DNA of 64,000 nt, from assembly GCA_963832525.1 (NCBI GenBank), contig CAWHUC010000002.1, positions 5,563 to 69,562 of the forward strand, given 5' to 3'. This document shows, piece after piece, positions 60,014-64,000 of this stretch. How positions within the stretch are numbered: position 1 is the stretch's first letter; each line of letters opens with the position of its first letter. A program made the position numbers and the translations under genes. A model generated the notes under the pieces. The model searched no databases and was not told the origin of the DNA. It saw nothing but the letters and a program-made list of their open reading frames with translations. This stretch comes from an uncultured Pseudomonadota bacterium (GTDB lineage Bacteria > Pseudomonadota > Alphaproteobacteria > Acetobacterales > Acetobacteraceae).

Positions 60014-60708
60014 CCGATTGGATCGCGCGCGCCCGCCGCGACACGGCGGGCGACGCGATCCGCCGGGCGCGGCCGTTCAACGCCTACGGCCAGACCGAGA
60101 TCGCCCCCTTCGCCACTGTGCTGACGCCGGAAGACCACGACACCCGCCCGGCCTCGGCCGGCCGGCCCGGGTTCAACGTGGAAACCCGCGTGGTCGATCC
60201 CGACATGAACGACGTGGCCCCCGGCGTGCACGGGGAGATCGTGCACCGCTCACCGCATCTGCTGGTGGGCTACTGGAACAAGCTGGAGGAAACCGCCGAG
60301 GCGTTCCGCGGCGGCTGGTTCCATTCCGGCGACGTGGGGTATTTCGACGCGGCCGGCTACCTTTATATCGTCGATCGCATCCGCGACGTGATCAACACCA
60401 GCGGCGTGCTGGTCGCCTCGCGCGAGGTGGAGGAGGCGTTGTTCACCCATCCCGCCGTCTCCGAAGTCGCGGTGGTCGGCCTGCCCGACCCGAAATGGAT
60501 CGAGGCGGCCACCGCCTTCGTCGTGCTGCGCGCCGGCCAGACCGCCGATACGGACGACCTGATCGCCTTTGCCCGCACCCACCTGGCGCCGTTCAAGCTG
60601 CCCAAGCGCGTGGTGTTCGTCGACCGCCTGCCGCGCAACACCGCCGGCAAGCTGCTCAAGCGCGAACTGCGTCGCCGTTACGCATCGGAAACCGGAGGAA
60701 CCGCATGA
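60010..60708 (+). pseudogene. 5'-truncated AMP-dependent synthetase/ligase (acyl-CoA synthetase) fragment
   Basis: Only the last ~215 residues of the family are present (NAYGQTEIAP..., GEIVHRSPHLLVGYWNKLEETAEAF..GWFHSGDVGYFDAAGYLYIVDRIRDVI, PKRVVFVDRLPRNTAGKLLKREL). The adenylation N-terminal ~300 aa are absent. The frame starts at a GTG overlapping the ridA stop. Confidence 0.7.
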
Positions 60709-61316
60709 AGCTCTACAACTCGATCGGCCCCAACCCGCGCGTGGTGCGCATGTTCATGGCCGAACGCGGCATCGAGATACCGCGCCAGGAAGTCGATCTG
60801 CGCGGCGGCGAGAACCGGCGCCCGCCCTACCTGGCCAAGAACCCGTTCGGGCAAATGCCTTCGCTGGAACTGGACGATGGCACCGTCATCACCGAGATCA
60901 TCCCGATCTGCGAATACCTGGACGAGGTCACTCCCGGCGCCTCCCTCATCGGCAGCACCGCGCGGGAGCGGGCGGAGACGCGCATGTGGGTGCGCCGGCT
61001 CGACCTCAACATCGTCGAACCCCTGGCGGCGGGGTTCCGCTACGCCGAGGGGCTGAAGCTGTTCCAGAACCGCATCCACGTGATCCCGCAGGCGGCCGAC
61101 GACCTCAAGCAGATCGCGCGCGAATGGCTGGGCCGGCTCGACGGGATGATGGCAGGCAAGGACTACGTCTGCGGCGGCCGCTTCACCCTGGCCGACATCC
61201 TGCTGTTCTGCTTCCTCGATTTCGGCAACGGCGTCGGGCAGAAGCTCGATCCTGCGAACGCGGCGATCGCCGCCTGGTTCGACCGGGTGAAGGCGCGTCC
61301 CAGCACCGCCGCCTGA
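60705..61316 (+). CDS. glutathione S-transferase
   Basis: MKLYNSIGPNPRVVRMFMAERGIEIP...NPFGQMPSLELDDGTVITEIIPICEYLDE...FTLADILLFCFLDF. Confidence 0.85.
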   Translation: MKLYNSIGPNPRVVRMFMAERGIEIPRQEVDLRGGENRRPPYLAKNPFGQMPSLELDDGTVITEIIPICEYLDEVTPGASLIGSTARERAETRMWVRRLDLNIVEPLAAGFRYAEGLKLFQNRIHVIPQAADDLKQIAREWLGRLDGMMAGKDYVCGGRFTLADILLFCFLDFGNGVGQKLDPANAAIAAWFDRVKARPSTAA

Positions 61317-61368
61317 TCGCGGAGCCGGGATGGGCGCCCGCATGGCGCCCATCCCGCACCGCGGGCAC

Positions 61369-62955
61369 TTACTTCCCCGGCATCGCGATGTAGCGATAGG
61401 GGAATGTGTTGTCGGCAAGCTGCGCCACCGCGTAGCCTTTGCGCACCGCCCAGACGATCACCTGCTGGTGCAGCGGGATCACCGGCACGTCCTGCTGGAT
61501 GATCTTCGCCGCATCGTCGATCATTGCATCGCGCCGGGTCTCGTTGTTCTCGGTCCCGATCTTGTCGATCAGCGCATCGAGCTTGGGATTGGAATAGCCG
61601 CCGACGTTGATCTCGCCGCGCACGCCATTGCGAGTGCCGAGCAGGGAATAGAGCACGTTCTCGGCGTCGTAGGTCGCGGGCGTCCAGCCCAGCATATAGA
61701 AATCGGTGTCGTATTTCGGCGCCAGGATCTTGGCGAAGAACTTGGCCTTGGTCTGCGCATCGAGGTTCACCTTCACCCCGATCCGCCCCAACATGGCGGC
61801 GGCGGCGGTGCAGATCTGCTCGTCCATCACATAGCGGTCGTCCGGGCAGTCCATGCCGATGGTGAAGCCTTTCGGATAGCCCGCCTCAGCCATCAGCTTC
61901 TTCGCCGCCGCGACGTCGGGCTTCGGCCGCACATCGAGCTTGGCGTCGTAGCCGTTCACCCCCGGCCCCCACATCAGCCAGGTCGGATGCGCCTGGCCCA
62001 GCATGACCCGCTTGGCGATCAGGTCCTCGTCGATCGCGAGCGCGAAAGCGCGCCGCACCCGCACGTCGGCCAGCGGGTTCTTGCCCTTGACGTTGCTTGT
62101 CAGCAGTTCCGGGCGCGACACGTCGAACCCGAAGTAGACCGTGCGCAATTCGGGATGCTCCAGCACCTCCACCCCGGACGCATGGGCGATGCGGCCCAGG
62201 TCCTGCGGCGGCACGGTGTAGATCATGTCCTCCTCGCCCGAGAGCAGCGCGGCCACCCGGGTGGAGTCATTCTTGATCACGTCGAACTCGACCCGATCGG
62301 GCGCCTTGGGGTTGAGCTTGCCCCACCACAGCTTGTTGCGGACGACGATCGTCTTGCTGTCCGGCTGGCGCGAGACCAGCTTGTACGGCCCGGTGCCCAT
62401 CGCGTGCAGGATGGCGTAGTTCTGGCCGGCGCCCAGCACCACCGGCTCCGTCGCGCCGTGCTTCTCGCACCACGCCTTGCTCATGATGAGCAGATTGGTC
62501 TGCTCCTGCGGAAAGATCGGGTCGGGCTGCTTGGTGGTGAACTCCACCGTCAGCGGGTCGACCGCGCGGACGTCGGCGACCATGCCCAGCACGTCGCGCA
62601 TGTGCGAGGTCTTGGCTTCCATCCGGTGGACCGAGAACACCACGTCGGCGGCGGTGAAGGGCGTGCCGTCCTGCCACTTCACGCCGGGACGCAGATGAAA
62701 GCGCCAGACGGTCGGGCTGACCTGGCGCCACTTCACGGCGAGGCCGGGTTCCAGCTTCAGGTCGCGGTTACGTTGCACCAGGGGTTCGTAGATGTTGGCC
62801 AGGAACGACAGTTGCACCGTCTCCTGCAGGGTGTCCGGGTCCATCGCGGTCACGTCGCCGCTGTTCGCCCAGCGGAAGGTGGCGGCACGGGCGGCGGCCG
62901 GAACGGCGGCAGCCCCCAGGAGCAGGCCCAGCAGGGCCAGACGCGGCAACTTCAT
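61369..62955 (-). CDS. ABC transporter substrate-binding protein, family 5 (peptide/nickel type)
   Basis: Signal peptide [24 protein letters not shown]; TFRWANSGDVTAMDP...EPLVQRN.DLKLEPGLAVKW...WRFHLRPGVKWQDGTPFTAADVVFS; ATG 62953-62955. No permease or ATPase genes adjacent. Confidence 0.85.
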   Translation of the reverse strand: MKLPRLALLGLLLGAAAVPAAARAATFRWANSGDVTAMDPDTLQETVQLSFLANIYEPLVQRNRDLKLEPGLAVKWRQVSPTVWRFHLRPGVKWQDGTPFTAADVVFSVHRMEAKTSHMRDVLGMVADVRAVDPLTVEFTTKQPDPIFPQEQTNLLIMSKAWCEKHGATEPVVLGAGQNYAILHAMGTGPYKLVSRQPDSKTIVVRNKLWWGKLNPKAPDRVEFDVIKNDSTRVAALLSGEEDMIYTVPPQDLGRIAHASGVEVLEHPELRTVYFGFDVSRPELLTSNVKGKNPLADVRVRRAFALAIDEDLIAKRVMLGQAHPTWLMWGPGVNGYDAKLDVRPKPDVAAAKKLMAEAGYPKGFTIGMDCPDDRYVMDEQICTAAAAMLGRIGVKVNLDAQTKAKFFAKILAPKYDTDFYMLGWTPATYDAENVLYSLLGTRNGVRGEINVGGYSNPKLDALIDKIGTENNETRRDAMIDDAAKIIQQDVPVIPLHQQVIVWAVRKGYAVAQLADNTFPYRYIAMPGK

Positions 62956-63019
62956 CAGTACGACTCCCCAGGATGACGGCGCGGTAGTTTGAACCTTCCG
63001 AGAAATGAGGCAAGGTGTC

Positions 63020-63694
63020 ATGACGCGGAAAACGCCGCGCAACCTCGGACAGAACCGCATGGAACGGGATGCGATCCTCGGCGTGGTCGATGTGCAGCCC
63101 ACCTTCATGCCCGGCGGCGAGCTGCCGGTTGCGGATGGCGCGGCCGTGGTGCCGGTGATCAACCGGCTGCTCGCCGGACGCTTCCCCACTGCCTTCGCCA
63201 CCCAGGACTGGCACCAGCCGGGACATCTCTCCTTCGCCTCCGCCCATCCCGGCCGCGCCCCGTATGAGACGATTGCCCTGCCCTACGGGCCGCAGATCCT
63301 CTGGCCCGACCACGCGCTGGCCGGCAGCGCCAACGCCGCCCTGCACCCCGGGCTCGATCAGCGCCGGATCGCCGCGATCATCCGCAAAGGCACCGATCCG
63401 GCGATCGACAGCTATTCCGCGTTCTTCGAAAACGACCATCGCACGCCGACCGGCCTGCACGGCTGGCTCGCCGAGCGCGGGGTGCGCCACCTGTTCCTGG
63501 CCGGCCTCGCCACGGATTTCTGCGTCGCCTGGTCCGCCGCCGACGCGCACCGCCTGGGCTATGCGGTGACCGTCATCGCCGATGCGTGCCGCGCCATCGC
63601 CCTTCCGGCACCCGGCGGCGGGACCACGCTCGACACGGCGCGGGCCGAGATGGCCGCAGCCGGCATCCGCTTCCTCCACAGCAACGAAATCTGA
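63020..63694 (+). CDS. pncA: nicotinamidase/pyrazinamidase
   Basis: AILGVVDVQPTFMPGGELPV...ATQDWHQPGHLSFAS...LWPDHA...KGTDPAIDSYSAFFEND...FLAGLATDFCVAWSA (catalytic Cys); start ambiguous (63005/63020/63059). Confidence 0.85.
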   Translation: MTRKTPRNLGQNRMERDAILGVVDVQPTFMPGGELPVADGAAVVPVINRLLAGRFPTAFATQDWHQPGHLSFASAHPGRAPYETIALPYGPQILWPDHALAGSANAALHPGLDQRRIAAIIRKGTDPAIDSYSAFFENDHRTPTGLHGWLAERGVRHLFLAGLATDFCVAWSAADAHRLGYAVTVIADACRAIALPAPGGGTTLDTARAEMAAAGIRFLHSNEI

Positions 63695-63696
63695 CC

Positions 63697-64000
63697 ATGG
63701 GACGCTACCTGATCACCGGCGGGGCCGGTTTCATCGGCTCGCACCTCGCCGACGCGCTGCTCGCGCGCGGTGACGCGGTGCGCGTGCTCGACGACCTCTC
63801 CACCGGCCGGCGCGAGAATCTGCCCGCGGCAGCCGAGCTCATCCTTGGCGACGTGGCTGATCCGCCCGCCGTGCGCGCAGCGATGGACGGGATGGACGGC
63901 TGCTTCCACCTGGCCGCGATCGCCTCGGTCGCGCGTGCGGCGGAGGACTGGCTCGGCACCAACCGCGCCAACCTGGTGGGCACGATCGCGGTGCTGGACG
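63697..64000 (+). CDS. NAD-dependent epimerase/dehydratase (partial, runs off the window)
   Basis: MGRYLITGGAGFIGSHLADALLARGDAVRVLDDLSTGRRENL... Rossmann GxxGxxG; no stop before 64000. Confidence 0.8.
   Translation, partial: MGRYLITGGAGFIGSHLADALLARGDAVRVLDDLSTGRRENLPAAAELILGDVADPPAVRAAMDGMDGCFHLAAIASVARAAEDWLGTNRANLVGTIAVLD

Overview
High-GC (about 70%) alphaproteobacterial chromosome segment. The r-protein and EF-Tu sequences, the metK-trmB pair and the DUF2336 and MlaA/MlaC neighbourhoods suggest Rhodospirillales/Acetobacteraceae, but this is inference only.

Core content:
- prfB with its canonical programmed +1 frameshift, PBP1A and a cell-wall amidase.
- A 14-kb minus-strand ribosomal supercluster, rpsL-rpsG-tuf-rpsJ...rplO-secY-adk, with 23 r-protein genes. 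fusA, rpoBC and the alpha operon are missing from their usual positions.
- Accessory metabolism: 2-hydroxyacid dehydrogenase, PQQ-like propeller, tcuAB, a two-subunit ComDE-like ThDP decarboxylase, a haloacetate-dehalogenase-like hydrolase, an SDR, a nitrilase-family enzyme and mntH.
- Further genes: cysS, a TrmJ-like methyltransferase, nfeD-SPFH, pit, metK-trmB, dapB, an MFS transporter, tag, a GGDEF protein, DUF2336, mlaA/mlaC, ettA, ridA, a GST, an orphan SBP and pncA.

Four toxin-antitoxin loci are present: Xre-RES, VapBC, BrnT-HTH and a decayed HigA.

The best candidate for something undescribed is a low-GC islet at 35.3-37.7 kb, between mntH and cysS. It has a near-consensus promoter driving three translationally coupled genes: an unrecognisable ~430-aa alpha/beta (TIM-barrel-like) protein with a Cys cluster, then an Xre/DUF2384 antitoxin, then a RES toxin.

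Three copies of a ~180-260-bp palindromic MITE-like repeat family were seen at 30.4, 42.6 and 43.7 kb; the latter two bracket a hypothetical gene.

Caveat on sequence quality: about 20 single-base frame disruptions hit otherwise conserved genes. Twelve of them are packed into trmB-metK-dapB, and several recur in identical sequence contexts, so many are probably sequence errors. Frameshift coordinates are hand-derived and approximate.

No rRNA, tRNA, CRISPR array, transposase or integrase was recognised.
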